Source of the DNA: Acidimicrobiia bacterium
GTDB lineage: Bacteria > Actinomycetota > Acidimicrobiia > Acidimicrobiales > JANYDT01
NCBI GenBank assembly: GCA_031385545.1
Contig: JANNBN010000063.1
Coordinates: forward strand, 39,252 to 103,251
DNA length: 64,000 nt
Direction of reading: 5' to 3'
Shown here in pieces: positions 48,139 through 56,943 of the stretch. A program made the position numbers and the translations under genes. Each line of letters begins with the position of its first letter. The first letter of the stretch is position 1. Under the pieces are notes generated by a model. The model was not told the origin of the DNA and searched no databases. It was given only the letters and a program-made list of their open reading frames with translations.

Positions 48139-49832
48139 TAGCTGGAGCGAGTCAGCGCGCTCGATTCGACGTGAGCAAACCCGAGCGATTCACCATAGGC
48201 GCGCAGATCATCGAACTCGGCGGGAGTGACCCAGCGGGCCACAGGGAGATGACGATCGGTCGGCCGCAGGTACTGGCCGATGGTGACGATGCTCACCCCG
48301 ATCGACCGTAGATCGACCAACGTGTGCTTGACCTCATCGATGGTTTCGCCCATCCCGACGATGATGCCGCTCTTGGTCGTCAGGCCGGCGGCACCAGCGC
48401 GGGCCAGCACTGATAGTGAGCGCGCATAGGACGCGCTGGGCCGCACTGCGCGTTGGAGGCGAAGAACTGTTTCGATGTTGTGATTGAACACATCGGGTGC
48501 CGCATCGAAGAGGACACGCAGCGATGCATCGTCGCCTTGGAGATCGCTCACCAGCGTCTCGATCATCGGAGGATCGCCCGCAGCGCCGCAGCGTATGGCA
48601 GCAATGGTGTCGCCAACGTGTTGCGCTCCACCGTCCACCAGGTCGTCCCTGGCGACCATCGTGACGACTGCGTAGCGCAGACCCATCTGCACAACGGCCG
48701 TCGCAACCCTGGCCGGTTCGGACGGGTCCGGGGCCAGCGGTTTGCGAGTGTCGACCAGACAGAAGCCGCAGGCCCGGGTACACCGTTCGCCGAGCACCAT
48801 GAACGTTGCTGTGCCTGCGGTCCAGCACTCGTAGATGTTGGGACAGCCGGCCTCTTCGCACACCGTGACAAGGTCGAGGGAGCGCATCGTCTGTTTGAGG
48901 GTGCGGAACTCCGGTGTGAGGTTGGCCTTCACCCGCATCCACTCGGGCTTTCGGTCGCTGATGGAAACCGCAGCGGCTGCGCTGACTCCGGCTTCGGACA
49001 ACCGGCCGAGCATTCGGAGCGGCGACGCGTTGTTGGGCGCTTCACGGCCTCGCAACGGCTTCACAGGATGAACTCCGTCGGGGCCATTTTCAATGGTCGA
49101 GCCATGACGGCTGAAGACCGACAGATCGGTCGGGGCCAGACGCCACGCGAGCGCCGCATCGGTCGACCCGCTGCCACCCCACCGTTCCAGCGCCAAACGG
49201 GCAACTACCTGTGCGACGTGATGGACGGTGGTGTCGATGCCTTCGGCCGCCAACGACGTGACAGAAGCATCATGGATACCGCACGGCACGATCTGTGCGA
49301 ACCCAGCATCGACACGCTGATCGACGTTGAGCGCGAACCCGTGGAGCGACCGGCCACGATCGATGCGAACCCCGATTGCAGCAATCTTGCGCTGCGCCGT
49401 CGTGCCGACAGCAAGCCACACTCCGGCGTGACCGTCTCGGCGTGCAGCGCCCGAAAGCCCCAACGTGTCAAGAGTGTCGATCAGCAGTTGCTCGAGTTGG
49501 TGCACATAGGCCGCTGTGTCCGCAAGACCTCCGCCGCGGCGACCGTGGACCGTGAGGACCGGGTAACCGACGAGCTGCCCCGGCCCGTGATAGGTGACGT
49601 CGCCACCACGATTGACCGTGACGAGCTCTGCACCGCCTGCGCGGACATCTGTCAGAACATGCTCGGCCTTGGCCCGGACGCCGAGCGTGAAGGTGGGCGG
49701 ATGTTGCAGGAGCAACAGATGGTTGGCCGTGCCCCGCTGCAGTCCGAGTTGCAGGCCAAGTGCATCGGCGTAGCCGACATCGCCGAGCCACCGCACGTGC
49801 AGTGGCCCGGACACGACCGGCGCAACCGGCAC
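48081..49832 (-). CDS. LipB-LipA fusion: octanoyltransferase (N-terminal) fused in frame to lipoyl synthase (C-terminal)
   Basis: LipB blocks (LLLLQHPPTFTLG, NRGGDVTYHGPGQLVGYP, KIAAIGVRI...HGFALNV) are followed, with no stop codon, by a ~70-aa linker and LipA blocks (RKPEWMRVK, CEEAGCPNIYEC, CTRACGFCLV). The start is uncertain: GTG 49832 was chosen because it lies just after the E2 stop, whereas the ORF-track ATG 49928 overlaps E2. Confidence 0.8.
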   Translation of the reverse strand: MPVAPVVSGPLHVRWLGDVGYADALGLQLGLQRGTANHLLLLQHPPTFTLGVRAKAEHVLTDVRAGGAELVTVNRGGDVTYHGPGQLVGYPVLTVHGRRGGGLADTAAYVHQLEQLLIDTLDTLGLSGAARRDGHAGVWLAVGTTAQRKIAAIGVRIDRGRSLHGFALNVDQRVDAGFAQIVPCGIHDASVTSLAAEGIDTTVHHVAQVVARLALERWGGSGSTDAALAWRLAPTDLSVFSRHGSTIENGPDGVHPVKPLRGREAPNNASPLRMLGRLSEAGVSAAAAVSISDRKPEWMRVKANLTPEFRTLKQTMRSLDLVTVCEEAGCPNIYECWTAGTATFMVLGERCTRACGFCLVDTRKPLAPDPSEPARVATAVVQMGLRYAVVTMVARDDLVDGGAQHVGDTIAAIRCGAAGDPPMIETLVSDLQGDDASLRVLFDAAPDVFNHNIETVLRLQRAVRPSASYARSLSVLARAGAAGLTTKSGIIVGMGETIDEVKHTLVDLRSIGVSIVTIGQYLRPTDRHLPVARWVTPAEFDDLRAYGESLGFAHVESSALTRSSYHAREGADAARHTMSSPSV

Positions 49833-49842
49833 TGTTGGAGCG

Positions 49843-51396
49843 TCAGAGTTCGGAATTCCAGTCACGTGACTCAAGGAGCTCCTTGACCTTGGCCAGGAAC
49901 GATGCAGCGTAAGCACCGTCGAATGCACGGTGATCCCACGAGAACCCGATGAACCCGGTTGGGTGGATGGCGATGGTGTCGCTGCCGTCCGGCAACTCGA
50001 CCACCACGGGACGCTTCTTCACCGCTGTGGCGGACAGGATGGCGACCTGCGGCTGGTTGATGATCGAACTCATGAGGTCGATCCCGTAGGGACCGGCGTT
50101 GGAGATGGTGAACGTGCCTCCAACGAGGTCATCGGCGGAAAGCTTCTTGGTGCGGGCCCGGCCCGCGATGTCGGCAATATCACGGGCGATGGAACGCATG
50201 CGCTTGCCGTCGGCGTCGCGGACCACAGGGACCAGCAAGCCCTGGAAATCGAGATCGACGGCAATGCCGAGGTTGACCCCGCGGTGCACCACCAGGCTGT
50301 CGCCGGATACCGACGCGTTGACGTTGGGATACTGCGCCATCGCTTCGACCACCGCACGAGCAATGAACGGGAGGTAGGTCAACGAGAAGCCCTCTTCGGC
50401 CTTCCAGCTTTCCTTGCGCTTGTTGCGAACCCGGTCGACGTTCGAGAAGTCGACCTCGGCAGCGATGAACGCATGCGGCGAGGTGGCAAGCGACATCACC
50501 ATGTGCTCACCGGTGCGCAGCCGGATCTTGGAGAACGGCACCACGTCGTCCCGGCTGCCACGCAGCACGGCAGGAGCAGCTGACGCAACTGCCGGAACGG
50601 CAGCCGCCAGAGCCGGGGCAGCCGCCACGGGAGCAGGAGCAGGTGCGGCGGGAGCAGCGACAGGCTCAGGCTGCGCAACAGGCGCAGGCTCAACGACTGC
50701 AGCTGGGGCCGCAACGACGGGAGCCACCGGTGCAGCGACCGGCGGTGCCGCTGCAAAAGGTGCCCCTGGGCCAGCTGGGCCCGTTGGGGCCGCTGTGACT
50801 TGAGCACCACGACCTGACTCGATGACGTCGATCACGTCTTCGCGCGTGATTCGGCCACCCACCCCGGTACCGGCAATCTGGTTGGGGTCCAGGTTGTTCT
50901 CGTTGATGAGTTTGCGAACGACCGGCGACAGAACCTTGGCGAACCCTTCGGCCGTGGACGCTGCCGTGGCAGCAGCAGCAGCAGCAGCAGGAACCTCTGC
51001 CGCTGCAGGAGCAGGTGCGACCGGCGCAGCCGCAGCGGATGGTGCCACGACCGGAGCGACCGTCACTGGAGCGGGAGCAGGGGGCGCAACTGGGGCAGGC
51101 GGAACCTCAACCGCTGCCTGTGCGGGCACAGGTGCGGGTGCCTCGGCCACTGGGGTCGCTGCACCATCGCTGATGACGGCCAACACCGAGCCGACGTCGA
51201 CCGTGTCACCTTCGGCAACCTTGATCTCGGCGAGCACACCGGCGGCCGGCGAGGTGACCTCGGAGTCGACCTTGTCGGTGGAGACTTCGAACAGCAACTC
51301 GTCACGCTCGACACGGTCACCGACCTTCTTGAACCATTTGGTGATGGTCCCCTCGGTAACGGTTTCGCCGAGCTGGGGCATTGTGACGTCGGACAT
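49843..51396 (-). CDS. 2-oxoacid dehydrogenase E2 component (dihydrolipoamide acyltransferase)
   Basis: One lipoyl domain (VSTDKVDSEV), Ala/Pro linkers, a peripheral subunit-binding domain (SPVVRKLINENNLDPNQIAGTGVGGRITREDV) and a catalytic domain with DHRAFDG. Confidence 0.93.
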   Translation of the reverse strand: MSDVTMPQLGETVTEGTITKWFKKVGDRVERDELLFEVSTDKVDSEVTSPAAGVLAEIKVAEGDTVDVGSVLAVISDGAATPVAEAPAPVPAQAAVEVPPAPVAPPAPAPVTVAPVVAPSAAAAPVAPAPAAAEVPAAAAAAATAASTAEGFAKVLSPVVRKLINENNLDPNQIAGTGVGGRITREDVIDVIESGRGAQVTAAPTGPAGPGAPFAAAPPVAAPVAPVVAAPAAVVEPAPVAQPEPVAAPAAPAPAPVAAAPALAAAVPAVASAAPAVLRGSRDDVVPFSKIRLRTGEHMVMSLATSPHAFIAAEVDFSNVDRVRNKRKESWKAEEGFSLTYLPFIARAVVEAMAQYPNVNASVSGDSLVVHRGVNLGIAVDLDFQGLLVPVVRDADGKRMRSIARDIADIAGRARTKKLSADDLVGGTFTISNAGPYGIDLMSSIINQPQVAILSATAVKKRPVVVELPDGSDTIAIHPTGFIGFSWDHRAFDGAYAASFLAKVKELLESRDWNSEL

Positions 51397-52799
51397 CAGC
51401 CGTTCAGTCCTCTCCCGGTGAGCGCCAGCATGGCCTCGCCGAAGGTTTCAGAAATAGATGGGTGGGGTTGGATGAACTGGGCGACCTCGTCGACCGTGGC
51501 TTCCCAGTTGACGGCCAGATATGCCTGGCCAAGTTGTTCGGTGACCCATGGGCCAACCATATGCACACCAAGTATCTGCCCTGCGGTGCCGTCGGGGTTC
51601 TTCTTGGAGATGACCTTCACCATGCCGTCGGTCTCGCCGACGATCATGGCCCGTCCGTTGCCGAGCATCCGTTCCTTCTTCACCGCGACCTCGTACCCCG
51701 CAGCGATGGCCTGCTCCTCGGACATGCCTGCGAAGGCAACTTCGGGGTGGCAGTAGATGCACCACGGCACCCGGTCGTAGGCAACCGGGATGGCGTGCTC
51801 GCCCAGGATGGTCTTCACCGCAAGGATGGCCTCGGCGTATCCGATGTGTGCGAGGGCAGGGGTGGGAACCAGGTCGCCGATGGCGTAGACGTTTGGCGCG
51901 CTGGTGCGCATGAACGCATCGACTGCCACATGCCCGCCGTCGGTGACGGCGACACCGCACCCGTCGGCCAGCAGCTCTTCGAGGCGCGGGCGGCGACCGA
52001 CGGAGACAACCACCATGTCGACGGTGATGCTGTCTCCTTCGCCGAAGTGAACGGTGGTCTGAGCGCCGTCGGCCGTTGGCGTGTGGCCGCTGACCGGCAC
52101 ACCGAGACGAACGTCGATGGCACGCTTCTTGAACGACTTCGCAACCACGTCGACCACGTCGACATCGCAGCCGGGAAGCATCTTTGGCATGGCTTCGAGA
52201 ATGGTGACCGTGGTACCCAGGTCGCTCATGGTCGAGGCGAACTCGCAGCCGATGGCGCCCGCGCCGATGACCACCGCGCTGCCGGGCATGACCGTGAGGT
52301 CAAGGAACTCGTCGCTGGTGAACACCAGGCGACCATCGGGGTCGAAACCGGGGATGGTGCGAGGCACCGAGCCTGCCGCCAGGATGATGTTGGTGCCGCG
52401 CAACTGTGTGCCATCGGAAACCTGGACGATGTTGCCCGGCAGCAAGGTGCCGGTGCCGTTGATGGTGGTGATCTTGCGCTTCTTCATGAGGCCCTGGAGG
52501 CCCTTCCAGAGCTGATCGACAACCTGCTGCTTACGGGTCTGTGCCACCCGGAAGTCGATCACCGGCGTACCGACGCTGACGCCGAACTTGGCCGATTCGG
52601 CAACCGTCCGGTACACGTGCGCCGTTTCCAGAAACTCTTTGGCGGGGATACAGCCACGGTGCAGACAGGTGCCGCCCACCTTGTCACGCTCGACGACGGC
52701 GCAGTTGAGGCCTGCCGCCGAGCCGTACAGGGCGGCCGCATACCCGGCCGGCCCGCCACCGATGACCACGAGATCGAACTGCTCAGCCGTAGGAATCAC
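51396..52799 (-). CDS. lpd: Dihydrolipoyl dehydrogenase (E3)
   Basis: VIGGGPAGY, redox disulfide GGTCLHRGCIPAK and C-terminal HPSISE. GTG 52799 was chosen as the start; GTG 52832 or ATG 52901 are also possible. There is a 1-nt stop/start overlap with E2. Confidence 0.92.
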   Translation of the reverse strand: MIPTAEQFDLVVIGGGPAGYAAALYGSAAGLNCAVVERDKVGGTCLHRGCIPAKEFLETAHVYRTVAESAKFGVSVGTPVIDFRVAQTRKQQVVDQLWKGLQGLMKKRKITTINGTGTLLPGNIVQVSDGTQLRGTNIILAAGSVPRTIPGFDPDGRLVFTSDEFLDLTVMPGSAVVIGAGAIGCEFASTMSDLGTTVTILEAMPKMLPGCDVDVVDVVAKSFKKRAIDVRLGVPVSGHTPTADGAQTTVHFGEGDSITVDMVVVSVGRRPRLEELLADGCGVAVTDGGHVAVDAFMRTSAPNVYAIGDLVPTPALAHIGYAEAILAVKTILGEHAIPVAYDRVPWCIYCHPEVAFAGMSEEQAIAAGYEVAVKKERMLGNGRAMIVGETDGMVKVISKKNPDGTAGQILGVHMVGPWVTEQLGQAYLAVNWEATVDEVAQFIQPHPSISETFGEAMLALTGRGLNG

Positions 52800-52949
52800 C
52801 CTCTCAACATGCGTCCTCGACGAGGACCGCACGGAGCCTACCGGCCCGGCAGAGCGTTCCGGGATGCGCAATCCGACACTCCGAAGGATTGAGCGAACCA
52901 CTCACCGCTTAACAGCCGGCATTCATCGGCTCGGATCGGACGTCGCGTC

Positions 52950-53031
52950 CCCCACGCGCCTTCGCGTCCCCGCAGTGACGACCCTCACAGGACGCGGCGG
53001 CTCACACGGGACGCGAAGTCAGTTTCCCGCC
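52950..53031. repeat. Copy B of the dispersed ~83-nt hairpin-forming element (copy A at 13897-13979)
   Basis: ACGTCGCGTCCCCCACG...TTCGCGTCCCC...GGACGCGGCGG...GGGACGCGAAGTCA. The outer and inner arm pairs are mutually complementary, giving nested helices. Confidence 0.75.
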
Positions 53032-53191
53032 TGTTCTACGACAGGCGAATCAGAAACGCGGCGGACGCAGCGAGGATGGCGAGTCCGGTGACGGCCGCGA
53101 GGATCAATAGCGTCCGTGTTTGCACCCAGGCAGTGTAAGGCACTGCCGCGCAGGACTCCGTAGGACCCCGCAGCACCCGTCGTCTCCGCCC

Positions 53192-53295
53192 ATACGCGCA
53201 ACTCATGGCGTAGATACGCGCAACTCGGGCATTCCGGGCAAAATTTTCGCCCGGAATGGCTCAGTTGCGCGTATGTTGAAGGCAAGTTGCGCGTC
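53192..53295. repeat. ~104-nt nested hairpin: ATACGCGCAACTC x2 (53192-53204, 53214-53226), a central 10-bp hairpin with an AAAATTTT loop (53231-53260), then AGTTGCGCGTAT (53263-53274) and AGTTGCGCGTC (53285-53295)
   Basis: Read directly. Two direct arms are followed by two complementary arms around a central stem-loop. Confidence 0.88.
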
Positions 53296-53359
53296 TTGAG
53301 TGGTGGTTTGCCGCACTCGCTGGGAAACGAAAGTCGGCGGCGCCGACGTACACTGGCGT

Positions 53360-53462
53360 TGACAACCAACCAGGGGAGCTCGGGGAACGCCGGGCTGAGA
53401 GGGTGCCACGCCGGCATCGACCCGCGAACCTGCTCTGGGTAATGCCAGCGAAGGGAGCGAAC
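53360..53462 (+). promoter_or_regulatory. TPP (THI-box) riboswitch
   Basis: CAGGGGAGC...GGGCTGAGAGGGTGCC...GACCCGCGAACCTGCTCTGGGTAATGCCAGCGAAGGGAGCG contains the conserved CUGAGA, ACCC/GAACCUG and UGGxUAAUxCCAGCGxAGGGA elements. The 3' side contains the SD-like GGGAG 8 nt before the ATG at 53466. It is followed by thiamine genes. The boundaries are approximate. Confidence 0.85.
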
Positions 53463-53465
53463 CCG

Positions 53466-54155
53466 ATGCAGTCACTGCATGCCAGCCAATCCGGGCACCA
53501 ATCCGGGCACCAATCCGGGTACACCATCGTCATCACCAACGGCACACAGCCGTTGCCGCCACTTCCCGAAGGCCGAGTCATCGCCGCCGACGGTGGCCTG
53601 CGGCGAGCATTGGCCTCTGGCCTTTCCCCTGCCGTCCTTGTGGGCGATCTCGACTCGGTGACACCTGCCGACCTCGAGGGGTTCCGTGCCTCCGGTGGAC
53701 AGGTCGACGAGCACCCGACGGACAAGAACCAGACAGACCTGGAGCTGGCGATCGACCTCGCCGAACCCGGCACCGACCTCGTGGTCGTGGGTGGCGATGG
53801 CGCTGACCGGTTCGATCACCTGCTGGGTGAGCTAGCACACATCGCACACCGGGCTGGAACATTCGCGTCGGTCACCATCCATCACCCGCCATCGGTCGTA
53901 CGTGTACTGACGAGCGGCCGTTCCGTCTCGATCAACGGCGAGCCCGGCTCCATCGTGTCGCTCGTCGCACCGGCAGGCACGGCCTACGGCGTTACCGCTA
54001 CGGGCCTCCGGTGGCCACTTGATGGCGAAGACCTCAGGGCGGGGTCTACCCGTGGCCTGTCCAACCAATTCGTCGGCACGCAGGCTGAAGTCTCACTCGA
54101 CCGTGGCACGCTGCTTGTCGTCCAGCCCGTCGTCAAGCCAGGGATGGCAGTGTGA
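53466..54155 (+). CDS. thiN: Thiamine pyrophosphokinase
   Basis: IAADGG, VGDLDS and DKNQTDLELAI motifs of the TPK family. The start is set at ATG 53466 just after the riboswitch; the ORF-track start 53403 lies inside the riboswitch. Confidence 0.87.
   Translation: MQSLHASQSGHQSGHQSGYTIVITNGTQPLPPLPEGRVIAADGGLRRALASGLSPAVLVGDLDSVTPADLEGFRASGGQVDEHPTDKNQTDLELAIDLAEPGTDLVVVGGDGADRFDHLLGELAHIAHRAGTFASVTIHHPPSVVRVLTSGRSVSINGEPGSIVSLVAPAGTAYGVTATGLRWPLDGEDLRAGSTRGLSNQFVGTQAEVSLDRGTLLVVQPVVKPGMAV
53486..53521 (+). repeat. 12-bp tandem repeat x3 (CCAATCCGGGCA x2, CCAATCCGGGTA) encoding (QSGH)2-QSGY at the TPK N-terminus
   Basis: Read directly; the repeat is in frame. Confidence 0.9.
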
Positions 54156-55363
54156 AGCGGTTCACCACCGACCGGCCGCGTATCAAACGGCCGCGTATCA
54201 AACGGCCGCGTATCAAACGGCCGCGTATCAAACGGCTGCGTATCAAACGGCTGCGTATCAAACGGCTGGGCACCGTTGCAGTTGCGGCTGTGATGATTCT
54301 CGCCGGATGCTCGTCGTCTTCATCGCCGCCGGCCGACACGACGACCGACACGACGAGCGCTCCAGACACGTCGGCCCAGGCTGCCTCCGTCGCAGGTTCA
54401 CGCACCGTTCGTCTGGTTGCATACGACTCGTTCACTCCCCCGGCCGACGTGCTGAAACAGTTCACCGCCGACACCGGCATCAGCATCGAGGTGCTGCTCA
54501 AGGGCGACACAGGGACGATGCTCAACACGGCGATCATCGCAAAGGATCAGCCTTTCGCCGATGTCATCTGGGGTATCGACTCCACGTTCCTCTCGCGAGC
54601 GGTCTCGTCCGGTGTCATCGGACCCCACGGAATCACGGATTCCACCACCAACCCTGCGCTGCGGCCGACGGTCGGTGCCGACCTGGTGATCCCGGTCGAC
54701 ACGTCCGAGGTGTGCGTCAATGCCGACACAGCCGCCGCCCCCGGATCAGCCGACTTCGGCTTCGACTCTCTCGTCGATCCAGCGAACAAGGGGAAACTCG
54801 TTGTTGAGAACCCCGCTACCAGCGCACCCGGGTTGGCGTTCTTGCTGGCAACAGTCTCCAAGTTCGGCGAGACCGGTTGGCAGGACTACTGGAAGGCCCT
54901 CAAAGCCAACGACGTGAAGGTTGTCAACGGCTGGGACGAAGCGTGGAACACCGAGTTCTCCGGAGCTGGTGCCGGCAAGCGACCGTTGGTCGTGTCGTAC
55001 TCCAGCTCTCCTGTTGCCTCAGTCCTCTTCGGCGCCGACCCAGCGGCAACCACAACGCCGCTTGCTGTCTTGCAGGACACGTGCATCGGCGTCATCGAGT
55101 ACGCAGGACTGCTGGCCAACAACGACACGGCACACGAGGCCGACGCCCGCACGGTGCTTGAGTTCCTCATTTCCGAACCCTTCCAGGCCGGGCTCGCAAC
55201 CAACCTGTTCGTGTACCCGGCCCGCACGGGGGTTGCGCTTCCTGAGATTTACACCCGTCTCGGCATCGGCCCGGTCGACTCACCGCTATCGGTCAGCCCC
55301 GAGCGAGTGCAAGCCATGCGCGACGCGTGGATCGACGAGTGGACCGACATCGTTCTCGGCTGA
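54152..55363 (+). CDS. thiB: Thiamine ABC transporter substrate-binding lipoprotein
   Basis: Lipobox VMILAGC; the mature part (VRLVAYDSFTPP..., WGIDSTFLSRA) resembles ThiB/TbpA. The GTG start overlaps the TPK stop (GTGA). It is the only in-frame start upstream of the signal-peptide h-region, so the repeat is translated. Confidence 0.85.
   Translation: MKRFTTDRPRIKRPRIKRPRIKRPRIKRLRIKRLRIKRLGTVAVAAVMILAGCSSSSSPPADTTTDTTSAPDTSAQAASVAGSRTVRLVAYDSFTPPADVLKQFTADTGISIEVLLKGDTGTMLNTAIIAKDQPFADVIWGIDSTFLSRAVSSGVIGPHGITDSTTNPALRPTVGADLVIPVDTSEVCVNADTAAAPGSADFGFDSLVDPANKGKLVVENPATSAPGLAFLLATVSKFGETGWQDYWKALKANDVKVVNGWDEAWNTEFSGAGAGKRPLVVSYSSSPVASVLFGADPAATTTPLAVLQDTCIGVIEYAGLLANNDTAHEADARTVLEFLISEPFQAGLATNLFVYPARTGVALPEIYTRLGIGPVDSPLSVSPERVQAMRDAWIDEWTDIVLG
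54174..54268 (+). repeat. 15-bp tandem repeat x6.3 (GGCCGCGTATCAAAC x4, GGCTGCGTATCAAAC x2, partial) encoding (RPRIK)4(RLRIK)2 in the ThiB signal-peptide n-region
   Basis: Read directly. The units are perfect within each of the two variants, which differ by a single C/T. Confidence 0.92.
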
Positions 55364-56943
55364 CGCGAACACGGCGAAGCCGGGACACGGCGAACCGGGC
55401 TCCGTCACACACCACGGTCTCTGCTCGGGTCCTCACGGTCGCTGTCCTCGGACTGTTCGTGGCGTGGCCAGCGGGTCGGTTGGTTGCGTCGGCGTTCGAT
55501 GCAACCGCAATACGCCAGGTGTTCGGCTCTGCGCGCATCTGGCGCATCATCGGCTTCACCATCGGGCAGGCAACGCTCAGCACAACCGTCACGATGGCTG
55601 TTGCTGTGCCTGGAGCCTGGCTGGTCGGCCGGCACCAATTCCGCGCAAAGCGGTTACTCGTTGCGCTGTGGAGCGCGCCGTTCGCATTGCCGGCCGTTGT
55701 CATCGGCGCATCACTTCTCGCCCTGCTCCCTGAACACGTCGAGCGGTCGCTCTTTTCGATCGTATTCGCGCACGTGCTCTTCAATGTCGGCATGGTCGTA
55801 CGCGTGCTTGGCGACGCGTGGGAGCGAAGCGATGAACGGATCGAACAAGCCGCAGCAACGCTAGGCGCAGGTCCGTTCAGGCGCAACGCGCTGATGCTCA
55901 GGGTCCTCGCTCCGGAAGCCGCGTCGCTGGCGGGCCTGGTGATGGCGTTGTGTCTCACCAGCTTTGCGATCATCAGCATTCTCGGCGGCCCGCGCCTCGG
56001 GTCGATCGAAACCGAGATCCATCGCCAGACCTTCCAGACGCTGCGCATCGACCGCGCAGCTGTGTTGGCAGTGGCCCAGCTTGCGCTGGTGTCGACGGCA
56101 CTCGTCGCAACAACACGCCGCCGCAGCGGATCATCACCCGAACGCCGGACCCTGCTCCGGATGCCACGTATCGGTGGCGGGGCAATCATCAGTGCACTCA
56201 GCATTGTCACGCTGCTGCCGATTGTGGTCCTTGCCGACCGGGCGACCAGATGGCCCGGGAATACTTCGGTAGGTGATCGGTCGGCTGGAGCCTTCACCGC
56301 GTTGATGGAACCAACCCGCGGGAGCGGCCTCCTGCTGGCCCCGATCGACTCGCTGTTCACCTCGGTGAGAGCCGCAGCCATGGCAACCGCTCTGGCCGTT
56401 CTGCTGGCCCTCATCACGGTGGCCGCCGCCCGCGGAAGCCGCTTCGTCGACGTGTTCGCAACATTGCCTCTGGCGGTCTCCGGGGTCACCCTTGGACTAG
56501 GAACCCTGCTTGCGTTCGCATCGTCGCCGGTTGCATGGCGCTCGAACTGGTGGATGGTGCCGCTCACCCAGGCAATGGTGGCGTTCCCCTTCGCGCTGCG
56601 CGTGCTGAGACCTGCGCTCGATTCGATCGACAGCCGACTTCGCGACGTCGCCGCGACGCTCGGAGCATCTCCACTCCATGTCCTCACCCGGGTTGTCGCA
56701 CCCTTGATGCGTGCTCCGCTGTGCGCTGCCGCAGCCCTCGCCGGCGCAGTGGCGATGGGCGAGTTCGGCGCCACCTCGTTCCTTGTCCGCGAACGGATGG
56801 AGACGATGCCCGTTGCGATCGGTGTGCTCACCTCCCGACCCGGTGATCGTCTACAGACACAGGCAGCGGCTCTGTGTGTGATCCTCGCTGCGGTGACGAT
56901 GGCGCTCACTGCTACCGCCGGACTGGCAGGTCGACGCCGATGA
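55327..56943 (+). CDS. thiP: Thiamine ABC transporter permease (duplicated permease domains)
   Basis: 538 aa with about 12 TM helices and two BPD_transp_1-like halves, located between thiB and thiQ. The start is ATG 55327 or GTG 55339; both overlap the thiB 3' end. Confidence 0.87.
   Translation: MDRRVDRHRSRLTRTRRSRDTANRAPSHTTVSARVLTVAVLGLFVAWPAGRLVASAFDATAIRQVFGSARIWRIIGFTIGQATLSTTVTMAVAVPGAWLVGRHQFRAKRLLVALWSAPFALPAVVIGASLLALLPEHVERSLFSIVFAHVLFNVGMVVRVLGDAWERSDERIEQAAATLGAGPFRRNALMLRVLAPEAASLAGLVMALCLTSFAIISILGGPRLGSIETEIHRQTFQTLRIDRAAVLAVAQLALVSTALVATTRRRSGSSPERRTLLRMPRIGGGAIISALSIVTLLPIVVLADRATRWPGNTSVGDRSAGAFTALMEPTRGSGLLLAPIDSLFTSVRAAAMATALAVLLALITVAAARGSRFVDVFATLPLAVSGVTLGLGTLLAFASSPVAWRSNWWMVPLTQAMVAFPFALRVLRPALDSIDSRLRDVAATLGASPLHVLTRVVAPLMRAPLCAAAALAGAVAMGEFGATSFLVRERMETMPVAIGVLTSRPGDRLQTQAAALCVILAAVTMALTATAGLAGRRR

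Noticed and set aside
52902-53475. ORFs in the long lpd/thi intergenic region (53019..53417 -, 53203..53475 -, 52588..53091 +) and in the 13.7-14.0 kb gap (13518..14111 +, 13558..13980 -, 13808..13990 -). These might represent pseudogenes or small proteins, since 'VASPT..RVP.V' appears in both regions.
   Set aside because: The shared peptide-like strings come from the dispersed nucleotide repeat. The two copies have stops in different places in every frame, the ORFs run through hairpin elements and the riboswitch, and none has a plausible RBS or a known motif.
54019-54807. A 262-aa plus-strand ORF containing (AAYQT)n.
   Set aside because: It is an alternate-frame reading of the 15-bp repeat and of the thiB body. 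The thiB frame has a lipobox and substrate-binding-protein homology, whereas this frame has none.
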